Shown piece after piece: positions 53,982 to 64,000 of a stretch of DNA of 64,000 nucleotides (positions are counted from its first letter, which is position 1; each line of letters opens with the position of its first letter). Position numbers and translations under genes: made by a program. This stretch comes from Glacieibacterium sp. (GTDB taxonomy: Bacteria; Pseudomonadota; Alphaproteobacteria; Sphingomonadales; Sphingomonadaceae), in contig NZ_OZ241356.1 of the NCBI RefSeq assembly GCF_965200405.1, positions 2,186,370-2,250,369 of the forward strand, read 5' to 3'. Below the pieces are notes generated by a model. The model searched no databases. It had not been told where the DNA came from and worked only from the letters and a program-made list of their open reading frames with translations.

Positions 53982-55891
53982 TGGCGGACCATGCTTACGA
54001 GCCCGCCGCGGACATCGCCGGCGACATCGGCGGCTATCTGGAGCGCCACCGTGCCAAGTCGCTGCTGCGCTTCATCACCTGCGGATCGGTCGACGACGGC
54101 AAGTCGACGCTGATCGGGCGGCTGCTGTACGACACCAAGGCGATCTTCGCCGACCAGCTCGACGCGCTGGAGGCCGATTCGAAGCGCGTCGGCACGCAGG
54201 GCCAGTCGATCGACTTCGCGCTGCTGGTCGACGGACTGGCCGCCGAGCGCGAGCAGGGCATCACCATCGACGTCGCCTACCGGTTCTTCTCGACTGACCG
54301 GCGCAAGTTCATCGTCGCCGACACGCCGGGGCATGAGCAATACACCCGCAACATGGTCACTGGCGCCTCGACCGCCGACTTGGCGGTGGTGCTGATCGAC
54401 GCGCGCAAGGGCGTTCTGACCCAGACGCGGCGGCACAGCTGGATCGCCCACCTGCTCGGCATCCGCAACATCGTGCTGGCGGTCAACAAGATCGACTTGG
54501 TCGGCCATGACCAGGCGCGCTTCGACGAGATCGTCGCCGACTACCGCGCCTTCGCGACCAGCATCGGCATCGCGGACTTCGTCGCCATCCCGATCTCCGG
54601 GCTTGGTGGCGACAACATCGCGGCGCGGTCGGAGGCGACGTCCTGGTACACCGGCCCGACACTGATCGAGCATCTGGAGACGGTGCCGCTCGACGTCGAT
54701 GCCGAGGCGGCCAAGCCGTTCCGGATGAGCGTGCAATGGGTCAACCGCCCGAACCTCGACTTCCGCGGCTTTGCCGGGATGATCGACGCAGGGACGGTCG
54801 TGCCGGGTGACGCCGTGCGCATCCTGCCGTCGGGGCGGATCACCAGCGTCGCGCAGATCGTCACCGCCAACGGCGACCTGCCACGAGCGGTCGCTGGCCA
54901 GTCGGTGACGCTGACGCTGGCCGACGAGGTCGATTGCTCGCGCGGCAACGTCATCGCCGCATCCGCCTCCCCGCCGCAGGTCGCCGACCAGTTCGAGGCG
55001 ACTTTGGTGTGGATGGACGAGACGCCGCTGCTGCCGGGGCGGGGCTACCTGCTCAAGCTCGGCGCGCAGGTGGTGACGGCAACGGTGCAGCCGCCGAAAT
55101 ATGCGCTCAACGTCAACACCGGCGAGCATCTGGCGGCCAAGACGCTGGAGCTGAACGCCATCGGCGTGGCGACGCTGGCGACCGACGTGGGGCTGGTGTT
55201 CGAGCCCTATGCCGACAGCCGGACGCTGGGCGGCTTCATCCTGATTGACCGCGAGACCAATGCCACCGTGGCGGCGGGGATGATCAATTTCGCGCTGCGC
55301 CGGTCGCAGAACATCCACCGCCAGGCGACCGACGTCGACCGTGCCCAACTCGCCGCGCTGAAGAACCAGAAGCCGGCGGTGCTGTGGTTCACCGGGCTGT
55401 CGGGCGCGGGCAAGTCGACGATCGCCAACCTCGTCGAGAAGCGCCTGCACCGGATGAACCGGCACACCTTCCTGCTCGACGGCGACAATGTCCGGCACGG
55501 GTTGAACCGCGACCTTGGCTTCACCGATGCCGACCGGGTCGAGAACATCCGTCGCGTCGGCGAAGTGGCGCGGCTGATGACCGATGCCGGGCTGATCGTC
55601 ATCACCGCCTTCATCTCGCCGTTCCGCGCCGAGCGCGACATGGTGCGGGCGATGATGGCGCCGGGCGAGTTCATCGAGATCCATGTCGATACGCCGCTCG
55701 CCGACGCCGAGGCGCGGGACGTGAAGGGGCTGTATGCCAAGGCGCGGGCCGGGGAATTGGCGAACTTCACCGGGATCGACAGTCCCTACGAAGCACCCGA
55801 GGCGCCGGAGCTGAGGATCGACACGCTGGCGTTGAGCCCCGGGGCTGCGGCGGACCTGATCGTCGAGTATCTGATCGACAGCGCCGACTGA
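53981..55891 (+). CDS. cysNC: Bifunctional sulfate adenylyltransferase subunit 1 / adenylylsulfate kinase
   Basis: It has an N-terminal GTPase ([29 protein letters not shown]) and a C-terminal APS kinase ([20 protein letters not shown]). Confidence 0.95.
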   Translation: MADHAYEPAADIAGDIGGYLERHRAKSLLRFITCGSVDDGKSTLIGRLLYDTKAIFADQLDALEADSKRVGTQGQSIDFALLVDGLAAEREQGITIDVAYRFFSTDRRKFIVADTPGHEQYTRNMVTGASTADLAVVLIDARKGVLTQTRRHSWIAHLLGIRNIVLAVNKIDLVGHDQARFDEIVADYRAFATSIGIADFVAIPISGLGGDNIAARSEATSWYTGPTLIEHLETVPLDVDAEAAKPFRMSVQWVNRPNLDFRGFAGMIDAGTVVPGDAVRILPSGRITSVAQIVTANGDLPRAVAGQSVTLTLADEVDCSRGNVIAASASPPQVADQFEATLVWMDETPLLPGRGYLLKLGAQVVTATVQPPKYALNVNTGEHLAAKTLELNAIGVATLATDVGLVFEPYADSRTLGGFILIDRETNATVAAGMINFALRRSQNIHRQATDVDRAQLAALKNQKPAVLWFTGLSGAGKSTIANLVEKRLHRMNRHTFLLDGDNVRHGLNRDLGFTDADRVENIRRVGEVARLMTDAGLIVITAFISPFRAERDMVRAMMAPGEFIEIHVDTPLADAEARDVKGLYAKARAGELANFTGIDSPYEAPEAPELRIDTLALSPGAAADLIVEYLIDSAD

Positions 55892-56029
55892 AGCACTTGA
55901 CTAGCATGTACCTTTATGGTACAAGAATATCGCAGGGCTGAACCTTTTTAGGTCTGGGACTCCGAAACAGGCCGCGTCCGTGTAACCTTCGTAACCTTAT
56001 TCATCTTCGGGAGGCTCTCGGACCGTCTG

Positions 56030-56491
56030 TTATCGGCGGGCAGAGAAAAATTCCCTGAGCAGCGTGGCGGACGCGACTTCGCCGATGCCGCCATAGACAT
56101 CGGGCGCGTGGTGGCACGTCGGCAGGGTGTAGATGCGCGGACCGTGGTCGACACCGCCGCCCTTGGGATCGGGAGCGCCGTAGTAGAGCTTGGCGATGCG
56201 GGCGAAGCCGATGGCGGCAGCGCACATCGGGCAGGGCTCCAGCGTGACGAACAGCGTGTGCCCGATCAGGCGCTCGCTGCCCAGTGCGGCACAGGCGGCC
56301 CGGATCGCCAAGATCTCGGCGTGCGCGGTCGGATCGGAGAGTTCGCGGGTGCGGTTGCCGGCGCTGGCGACGATTTTGCCGCCGGGGGCCAGGATGGTGG
56401 CGCCGACGGGGACTTCGCCACGCTCGGCGGCGGCGCGGGCCTCGGCCAGCGCTTGCGCCATGCCGGGGGAAGCGGGGAAGGGCGGGGACAT
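56030..56491 (-). CDS. tadA: tRNA adenosine(34) deaminase
   Basis: It carries the CDA-fold zinc motifs HAEILAIRAA and PCPMCAAAI; 153 aa. Confidence 0.9.
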   Translation of the reverse strand: MSPPFPASPGMAQALAEARAAAERGEVPVGATILAPGGKIVASAGNRTRELSDPTAHAEILAIRAACAALGSERLIGHTLFVTLEPCPMCAAAIGFARIAKLYYGAPDPKGGGVDHGPRIYTLPTCHHAPDVYGGIGEVASATLLREFFSARR

Positions 56492-56507
56492 TGCTGCCCC
56501 CGCCGTA

Positions 56508-56672
56508 TCAGCGTGCCTTCGACAAGACCACCCACAGAGCGTGGATGACGCCCGGCAACCAGCCGAGCAAAGTCAGTACGACGTTGATCCAGAAGTCGGT
56601 CCCGATGCCGCGCGCCAGGAAGACTCCCAGCGGCGGCAGCAGGATCGATGCGATGATCAGCAGGATCGGCAT
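56508..56672 (-). CDS. YqaE/Pmp3 family small membrane proteolipid
   Basis: Hand translated (54 aa, below the ORF-track cutoff): MPILLIIASILLPPLGVFLARGIGTDFWINVVLTLLGWLPGVIHALWVVLSKAR. Its ATG overlaps the stop of the upstream gene (TGATG). Confidence 0.8.
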   Translation of the reverse strand: MPILLIIASILLPPLGVFLARGIGTDFWINVVLTLLGWLPGVIHALWVVLSKAR

Positions 56673-57025
56673 CAGTTGGTCTTGTTCGGCGCGTCCTTCG
56701 CCGGCGTCACGTCGACCGTCGGGACTTCGACGGTGGTCTTCTTGGTGCCGACATTGACGTCGGCGGTGTTGACGTCGAACTTGGGCAGCGAACCGCCGCT
56801 GGTCTCGACCTTGACGTCGGGCAGCGAGCCCTTGCTGGTCTGGCCGATGTCGATCAGGCCGAACGCGAACGCGGCGACGACCAGCGCGACGATGATGAGC
56901 AGGGCGACGAGCCAGCCCATGCCGCCCCGGCGACGCTCGACATAGACCGGCTCGTCGCGAACGACGGTGCGATCGACGACAGGACGCCCGGCTGCATCGG
57001 TACGCGTAGTTTCGTATTCGGCCAT
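56672..57025 (-). CDS. Single-pass membrane protein of unknown function
   Basis: ORF 56672..57130(-) trimmed to ATG 57025 (MAEYETTRTD...). It has a TM helix (GWLVALLIIVALVVAAFAFGLI), then a short internal repeat GSLPDVKVET / GSLPKFDVNT / ADVNVGT. Confidence 0.6.
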   Translation of the reverse strand: MAEYETTRTDAAGRPVVDRTVVRDEPVYVERRRGGMGWLVALLIIVALVVAAFAFGLIDIGQTSKGSLPDVKVETSGGSLPKFDVNTADVNVGTKKTTVEVPTVDVTPAKDAPNKTN

Positions 57026-57131
57026 GTACTCACTCCACCTTGTTGATGCGCGAATAACTGCCGATCCGGATAAAAGTTGCTCAGCCGAAAGGAATGTTGC
57101 CTGCCCAAATCGATTTTTGGAAATGCGCATG

Positions 57132-57164
57132 AAAAAGGCCTCGCACCGTCTCGGGTGCGAGGCC
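57132..57164 (-). terminator. Rho-independent terminator of typA
   Basis: GGCCTCGCACC (57137-57147) pairs with GGTGCGAGGCC (57154-57164). The A5 run at 57132-57136 gives a U tract on the minus strand. Confidence 0.8.
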
Positions 57165-57187
57165 GCTTTCGTCCGCCAGGCGATTGC

Positions 57188-59026
57188 CTAGGCGGCGTTC
57201 TTCGCCCGCGAGGCGCGCTTGCGCTCGTTGGGCTCGAGGTGGATCTTGCGCAGCCGGATGAAGTTCGGCGTCACCTCGACCAGCTCGTCCTCGTCGATAT
57301 AGGCGATCGCCTGCTCCAGCGTCAGGCGCTTGGGCGGGCTGAGCTGGATCGCATCGTCCTTGCCGCTGGCGCGGAAGTTGGTCAGCGCCTTCGACTTGAG
57401 CGGGTTGACCTCGAGGTCCTCGTCACGGGCGTTCTCGCCGATGACCATGCCCTGGTAGACCGCCTCGCCCGGCTCGATCATCAGCGTGCCGCGCGGCTGC
57501 AGATAGCCGAGCGCGTAGCCGACGGCCTCGCCGGTCTCGGTCGAGATCAGCACGCCGTTGCCGCGACCCGACACCGGACCCTTGTAGGGGCCGTACTTGT
57601 CGAACAGGCGGTTCATGATGCCGGTGCCGCGGGTGTCCGACAGGAACTCGCCGTGATAGCCGATCAGGCCGCGTGCCGGTGCGGTGAAGGTCAGGCGGGT
57701 CTTGCCGCCGCCCGATGGACGCATGTCGGTCATCTCGGCCTTGCGGCCCGCCATCTTCTCGACGACCGTGCCCGAATACTGCTCGTCGACGTCGATGACG
57801 ACGGTCTCGTAGGGCTCGGTGCGCTTGCCGTGGTCGTCGGTGCCGTAGATGACCCGCGGACGCGAAATCGACAGCTCGAAGCCTTCGCGGCGCATCGTCT
57901 CGATCAGCACGCCGAGCTGAAGCTCGCCGCGACCGGCGACTTCGAAAGCATCCTTGGACGCGCTCTCGGTGATCTTGACCGCGACATTGCCCTCGGCTTC
58001 GCGAACCAGGCGGTCGAAGATCATCCGGCTGGTGACCTTGGAGCCATCGCGACCGGCGTAAGGCGAATCATTGACCGCAAAGGTCATCGACAGCGTCGGC
58101 GGATCGATCGGCTGGGCATGCAGCGGCTCGGTGACCGAGATGTCGGCGATGGTATCGGCGACGGTCGCCTTGCTGAAACCGGCCAGCGCGATGATGTCGC
58201 CGGCATGGGCCTCGTCGACCGGGACCCGCTCGAGACCGCGGAAGGCGAAGATCTTGGAGGCGCGGCCTTCCTCGGCGATGGTGCCGTCGGGGCGGAGCGC
58301 ACGGATCTGGGTGTTGAGCTTGAGCGTCCCCGAAAGGATGCGACCGGTCAGGATGCGGCCGACGAAGTTATCGCGGTCGAGCAGCGACACCAGCATCTTG
58401 AACTCGCCGTCGACGTCGGCGGCAGGCGGCGGGACATGCGAGACGATGGTCTCGAACAGCGGCGTCAGGTCGCCGGAGCGAACCTCGGAGTCGCGCCCGG
58501 CATAGCCGTTGCGACCGGAGGCGAAGATCACCGGGAAATCGAGCTGCGCATCGTTCGCCTCGAGGTTGACGAACAGGTCGAAGACCTCGTCCAGCACTTC
58601 CTGCGCACGAGCGTCCTGGCGGTCGATCTTGTTGACGACGACGATCGGGCGGAGACCCAGCGCCAGCGCCTTGCCGGTGACGAACTTGGTCTGTGGCATC
58701 GGGCCCTCAGCGGCGTCGACCAGCAGCACGACACCGTCGACCATCGACAGGATGCGCTCGACCTCGCCACCGAAGTCGGCGTGGCCCGGGGTGTCGACGA
58801 TGTTGATGTGGGTGGTGACGTCGCTGGTCTTGTCGGTCCACTCGATCGACGTGCACTTGGCGAGAATGGTGATGCCACGCTCTTTTTCGAGGTCGTTCGA
58901 ATCCATCGCACGCTCGGCGACGCGCTGATTGTCTCGGAACGTGCCGGACTGGCGGAAGAGCTGATCGACGAGCGTGGTCTTGCCATGATCGACGTGCGCG
59001 ATGATCGCAATGTTGCGCAAGCGCAT
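57188..59026 (-). CDS. typA: Translational GTPase TypA/BipA
   Basis: ORF trimmed to ATG 59026 ([24 protein letters not shown]...[14 protein letters not shown]...). Confidence 0.95.
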   Translation of the reverse strand: MRLRNIAIIAHVDHGKTTLVDQLFRQSGTFRDNQRVAERAMDSNDLEKERGITILAKCTSIEWTDKTSDVTTHINIVDTPGHADFGGEVERILSMVDGVVLLVDAAEGPMPQTKFVTGKALALGLRPIVVVNKIDRQDARAQEVLDEVFDLFVNLEANDAQLDFPVIFASGRNGYAGRDSEVRSGDLTPLFETIVSHVPPPAADVDGEFKMLVSLLDRDNFVGRILTGRILSGTLKLNTQIRALRPDGTIAEEGRASKIFAFRGLERVPVDEAHAGDIIALAGFSKATVADTIADISVTEPLHAQPIDPPTLSMTFAVNDSPYAGRDGSKVTSRMIFDRLVREAEGNVAVKITESASKDAFEVAGRGELQLGVLIETMRREGFELSISRPRVIYGTDDHGKRTEPYETVVIDVDEQYSGTVVEKMAGRKAEMTDMRPSGGGKTRLTFTAPARGLIGYHGEFLSDTRGTGIMNRLFDKYGPYKGPVSGRGNGVLISTETGEAVGYALGYLQPRGTLMIEPGEAVYQGMVIGENARDEDLEVNPLKSKALTNFRASGKDDAIQLSPPKRLTLEQAIAYIDEDELVEVTPNFIRLRKIHLEPNERKRASRAKNAA

Positions 59027-59240
59027 GCGGGGAAACTTTCGTGACAGTGGATTGAGGCGCGGCCATAGCCGTAATTGTGCGTCGCAACAAGGGCGATGCG
59101 CGTTGTGGGCCATTGAACCGGCCGATCACGTTCGGCAGAACGGTACGGGACCGCGCTGGACACCGTTGACTTGCATCGGCGGTCAAGCGACGGTGCGGCG
59201 TCTCGTCCGTGCCGGCAAAGAACAGCTTTGGGTCAGCGAC

Positions 59241-60170
59241 ATGGGGGCCGAAGGGCGTAATCGCGTGGAATTGAAGGACCCGGTCGAATTGAGCCAGATC
59301 ACAGAGCGGGCCCCGCTGCCCGACCGCCTCGGCGCGACATTGGCCGCGGCGCGTGTCGCCGCGGGCCGCGAACTCGATGACATCGCCCGGGAGACGCGCG
59401 TGCCGTTGCGGCACCTCCGCGCCATCGAGGCCGATGCGCACGACAGCCTGCCGGCGCTGCCCTATTCCGTCGGCTTCGTGAAAAGCTTTGCCCGCGCCGT
59501 CGGTCTCGACGGCGAGGTCGCCGGGGCGCGTTTCCGTGCCGAGACTTCGAAGACCGCGCATGTTCCCGCCCAGGCACAGCTCGAGCCGCTCGACGAGCGC
59601 CGCCTGCCGTCGCGCGGGCTGGTGATGGCGAGTGTCGTCCTGCTGGTGCTGCTGCTCGGCGGGCTGACCGCCTATGGTTCGGGCTGGTTCGATGCGCGTC
59701 CCGAAAGCCAGACTGCTACCGCCGTTCCGGCTGCCAGCGAAGCCACGGTCACGCCGCCGGTCACCGAGACCGCGAACGCCGGCACCGCGGCTTCGGTACC
59801 GGTACCCGTGCCGACCGAGCCGGCGAGCGACGTGGTGACGACACCGGTACCGGCCGGCCCGGGTTCCGGCGTCGCCATCACCGCCAACGAGGACGCCTGG
59901 GTCCGCATCTTCGCCGTCAGCGCCGAAACCGGTCGCCCGGTCACCGTCCACACCGGCGTCATCACCAAGGGGCAGACCTACGACTTGCCCGCGACCCCTG
60001 GATTGCGCCTGTGGACCGGTCGCGCCGGTGCCCTGAAGATTACCGTCAACGGCCGTGTCATCCCGTCCCTCGGTGGCCCGGTAGAGACGGTCCGTAATGT
60101 CAGCCTGACGCCGAGCGACCTGCTTGCCCGCATTGCACCGCGTCCCGCCACCGCCACCGGAGCCCCATGA
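59241..60170 (+). CDS. RodZ-like cytoskeleton protein (HTH + TM + DUF4115)
   Basis: ATG 59241 (MGAEGRN...). It has an HTH region (LGATLAAARVAAGRELDDIARETRVPLRHLRAIE), a TM helix (LVMASVVLLVLLLGGL), a Pro/Thr-rich linker and a C-terminal DUF4115-like beta domain (...EDAWVRIF...LWTGRAGALKITVNG...). Confidence 0.75.
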   Translation: MGAEGRNRVELKDPVELSQITERAPLPDRLGATLAAARVAAGRELDDIARETRVPLRHLRAIEADAHDSLPALPYSVGFVKSFARAVGLDGEVAGARFRAETSKTAHVPAQAQLEPLDERRLPSRGLVMASVVLLVLLLGGLTAYGSGWFDARPESQTATAVPAASEATVTPPVTETANAGTAASVPVPVPTEPASDVVTTPVPAGPGSGVAITANEDAWVRIFAVSAETGRPVTVHTGVITKGQTYDLPATPGLRLWTGRAGALKITVNGRVIPSLGGPVETVRNVSLTPSDLLARIAPRPATATGAP

Positions 60171-61054
60171 TCCGTTTCCTGCTTGCAACTACCGCGACAC
60201 TGTTGATCGTCACGCCCGCTCTCGCTCAGGACAGCGATCCGGTGCTTGGCAAGCGCGTCGGCAAGCTCGAATCCGAGATGCGCGCGGTTCAGCGCAAGGT
60301 CTTCCCCGGTGGCGATGCGCGTTACTTCGAGCCCGAGATCGCACCGGCGCAGGCGGCGCCGCCCGAGACCGTCGGCTCGCCTGCGCTGGCGCCGCTTGCC
60401 GACCTGACCACTCGCGTCGGCGAGATCGAGACGCAGCTTCGCACCCTGACCGGGCAGGTCGAGGCGCAGCAGAACCGCCTGCGCCTGCTGGAGGAAGCCC
60501 AGACCAAGTTCCGCGCCGACACCGAGTTCCGCCTGACCACGATCGAGGGCGGCGGCAAGTCCCCCGTCGCAGCGGTTCCCGGCGGTGCCGCGCCGCCCGA
60601 GGCGACCGACGGCCCGGCACCCGCGCCCAAGCCTGCCGCCACAAAGCCCGACACCGCGCCCGCAACGCCCGAAGCGCAATGGCGCGCCGCTTATGCGCTG
60701 GTGATCGCCAAGAACTACGACGAGGCCGAGCCGGCGCTGCAGGACTTCATTGCCGCCAATCCCAAGTCGACGCGCGCCTCGGACGCCCAATATTGGCTGG
60801 GCAAGACCTATGCGGCGCAGGACCAGCCCGCCCAGGCCGCCAAGGCCTATCTCGATGGCTATCAGAAGTTTCCCAAGGGCACGCGGGCCCCGGATAGCCT
60901 GTTGGGCCTGTCGCAGGCGCTGATCGACCTGAAGAAGCCGCAGCAGGCATGCCGCTCCTTGAACGAGCTCGATGCGGTCTATGCGGCGAAGCTGACGCCG
61001 GCCTTGAAGGCGCAGGCGGCCAAGGCGCGAACGACGGCGAAGTGCACGGGCTGA
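60167..61054 (+). CDS. cpoB: Tol-Pal system protein CpoB/YbgF
   Basis: It has a signal peptide (MIRFLLATTATLLIVTPALAQ), a coiled coil (LTTRVGEIETQLRTLTGQVEAQQNRLRLLEE) and C-terminal TPR repeats (...AQYWLGKTYAAQDQPAQAAKAYLDGYQKFPKG...). Confidence 0.85.
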   Translation: MIRFLLATTATLLIVTPALAQDSDPVLGKRVGKLESEMRAVQRKVFPGGDARYFEPEIAPAQAAPPETVGSPALAPLADLTTRVGEIETQLRTLTGQVEAQQNRLRLLEEAQTKFRADTEFRLTTIEGGGKSPVAAVPGGAAPPEATDGPAPAPKPAATKPDTAPATPEAQWRAAYALVIAKNYDEAEPALQDFIAANPKSTRASDAQYWLGKTYAAQDQPAQAAKAYLDGYQKFPKGTRAPDSLLGLSQALIDLKKPQQACRSLNELDAVYAAKLTPALKAQAAKARTTAKCTG

Positions 61055-62007
61055 GCCGGGACGACCTTGCAAGTAACGTAGCGGCGTTGATCGGTCGACC
61101 GCTGCGTGATGACGAGGTCCTTGCCGTGGCGGTATCCGGCGGCCCCGACAGCCTGGCCCTGTTATTGCTCGCGCATGCGGCTTTCGGTTGTCGGTTGCAG
61201 GCGGTGACCGTCGATCACGGGTTGCGCGACGCCTCCCCTGGCGAGGCGGCGATGGTCGCGGACATCTGTACGGCGCGCGGCATCCCGCATGCGACGCTGC
61301 TATGGCGCGGGGACAAGCCGCTCGCGAACCGTCAGGCGGGAGCGCGGGAGGCCCGCTATGCACTGATGCGCGACTGGTGCTCGGTTCGCGGCATCGGTTG
61401 GTTGGCGACCGGGCATCATGCCGACGATGCAGCGGAGACGCTGCTGATGCGGCTCGCGCGGGGTAGCGGGAGCGCCGGGCTCTCCGGTATTCGGCCGCGC
61501 CGCGATCTGGGGCAGGGTGTGACATTGCTGCGCCCTCTGCTCGGCAAGCGCCGCGCCGAACTGGCGGCAGTCGTCGCGTCTGCCGGTCTCGATCCGGTGG
61601 ACGACCCGTCGAACGATGATCCGCACTACGACCGAACGCAGGCGCGGACGCTGTTGGCCGATACCCCATGGCTATCGCCGGAGCGGCTAGCGTCGAGCGC
61701 TGCCAATCTTCGAGATGCCGAGGCGGCGCTCGACTGGGCCGCCGGCCTCGCCTGGGACAGCAGGGTCCAGACCTTGGCGGATGACGTGGCGGTGGATGTC
61801 GCGGAGTTGCCTGTCGAGCTGGTGCGGCGGCTGGTCCACCGGGCTCTCGAGTCGTTCGAGGCAAACCCGGACGGGCCGCAAGTTACGCGGATGATTGCCG
61901 TTCTTCAGGCTGGTGGAACCTGTACGTTAGCCGGCATCCAGGGCCGCGGAGGCGATAGATGGACCTTTCGCCGCGTCGCCGGGCGGCAGAATAACCATCT
62001 GCGCTGA
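61042..62007 (+). CDS. tilS: tRNA lysidine(34) synthetase
   Basis: It has the PP-loop (LAVAVSGGPDSLALLLLA) and ...ATGHHADDAAETLLMRLARGSG... The start is uncertain: GTG 61042 overlapping the cpoB stop is proposed. Confidence 0.85.
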   Translation: MHGLSRDDLASNVAALIGRPLRDDEVLAVAVSGGPDSLALLLLAHAAFGCRLQAVTVDHGLRDASPGEAAMVADICTARGIPHATLLWRGDKPLANRQAGAREARYALMRDWCSVRGIGWLATGHHADDAAETLLMRLARGSGSAGLSGIRPRRDLGQGVTLLRPLLGKRRAELAAVVASAGLDPVDDPSNDDPHYDRTQARTLLADTPWLSPERLASSAANLRDAEAALDWAAGLAWDSRVQTLADDVAVDVAELPVELVRRLVHRALESFEANPDGPQVTRMIAVLQAGGTCTLAGIQGRGGDRWTFRRVAGRQNNHLR

Positions 62008-62073
62008 TTGCGCGCGCGCATATCTCGCCTATTTAGGCTATAACCGTTCTGTTCCTGTCAAAGGCTTACCCGC

Positions 62074-64000
<1,927 letters not shown>

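Noticed and set aside
57077-59044. 655-aa plus-strand ORF opposite typA, together with 62038..63828(-) opposite ftsH, 53972..55684(-) opposite cysNC, 23976..25085(-) and 26030..27139(-) opposite fusA/tuf, and 35148..36371(-) opposite rplR-rpsE.
   Set aside because: All are mirror frames of strongly conserved genes, with compositionally biased translations and no recognisable motifs.

Overview
High-GC chromosomal segment from an alphaproteobacterium. A sphingomonad is the best guess, inferred from PEPxxWA-CTERM proteins, gene order and protein sequences. Most of the window is core housekeeping DNA. Gene order is: a partial Tat-signal sugar isomerase/epimerase; a small exopolysaccharide-type sugar transferase; two divergent PEP-CTERM surface proteins; mutL; the rod-shape module mreB-mreC-mreD-mrdA-rodA; a 1360-aa trimeric autotransporter adhesin behind an AT-rich leader; a fused MFS/spermidine-synthase-like membrane protein; an alpha/beta hydrolase; a TonB-dependent receptor; DUF1993. 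Next comes the complete str-S10-spc-alpha ribosomal protein superoperon (rpsL to rplQ, with fusA, tuf, secY, adk, rpoA), interrupted once by an Uma2-family endonuclease gene. It is followed by a thioesterase, an unknown secreted Gly-rich protein, guaA, a low-GC nuclease toxin/immunity islet, panB, yfgM-like/bamB/der, maiA, an SMP-30 lactonase-like gene, cysD-cysNC, tadA, a Pmp3-type micro-protein, typA, a RodZ-like gene, cpoB(ybgF), tilS and partial ftsH. No rRNA, tRNA, CRISPR array, transposase or integrase was recognised. Five observations stand out. (1) An Endonuclea_NS_2-type toxin (apparently frameshifted) with a translationally coupled YezG/DUF600-like immunity gene lies between guaA and panB, with no recognisable delivery domain. 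(2) A ~140-bp palindromic MITE/RPE-like element sits in frame inside the mutL linker. (3) The adhesin contains highly repetitive, recombination-prone modules. (4) An Uma2 gene is inserted in the ribosomal cluster. (5) Mutually exclusive hairpins lie between tuf and rpsJ. Many long ORFs in the six-frame track are antisense artefacts of high GC and were discarded. All family assignments come from reading the translations by eye; no database search was run.
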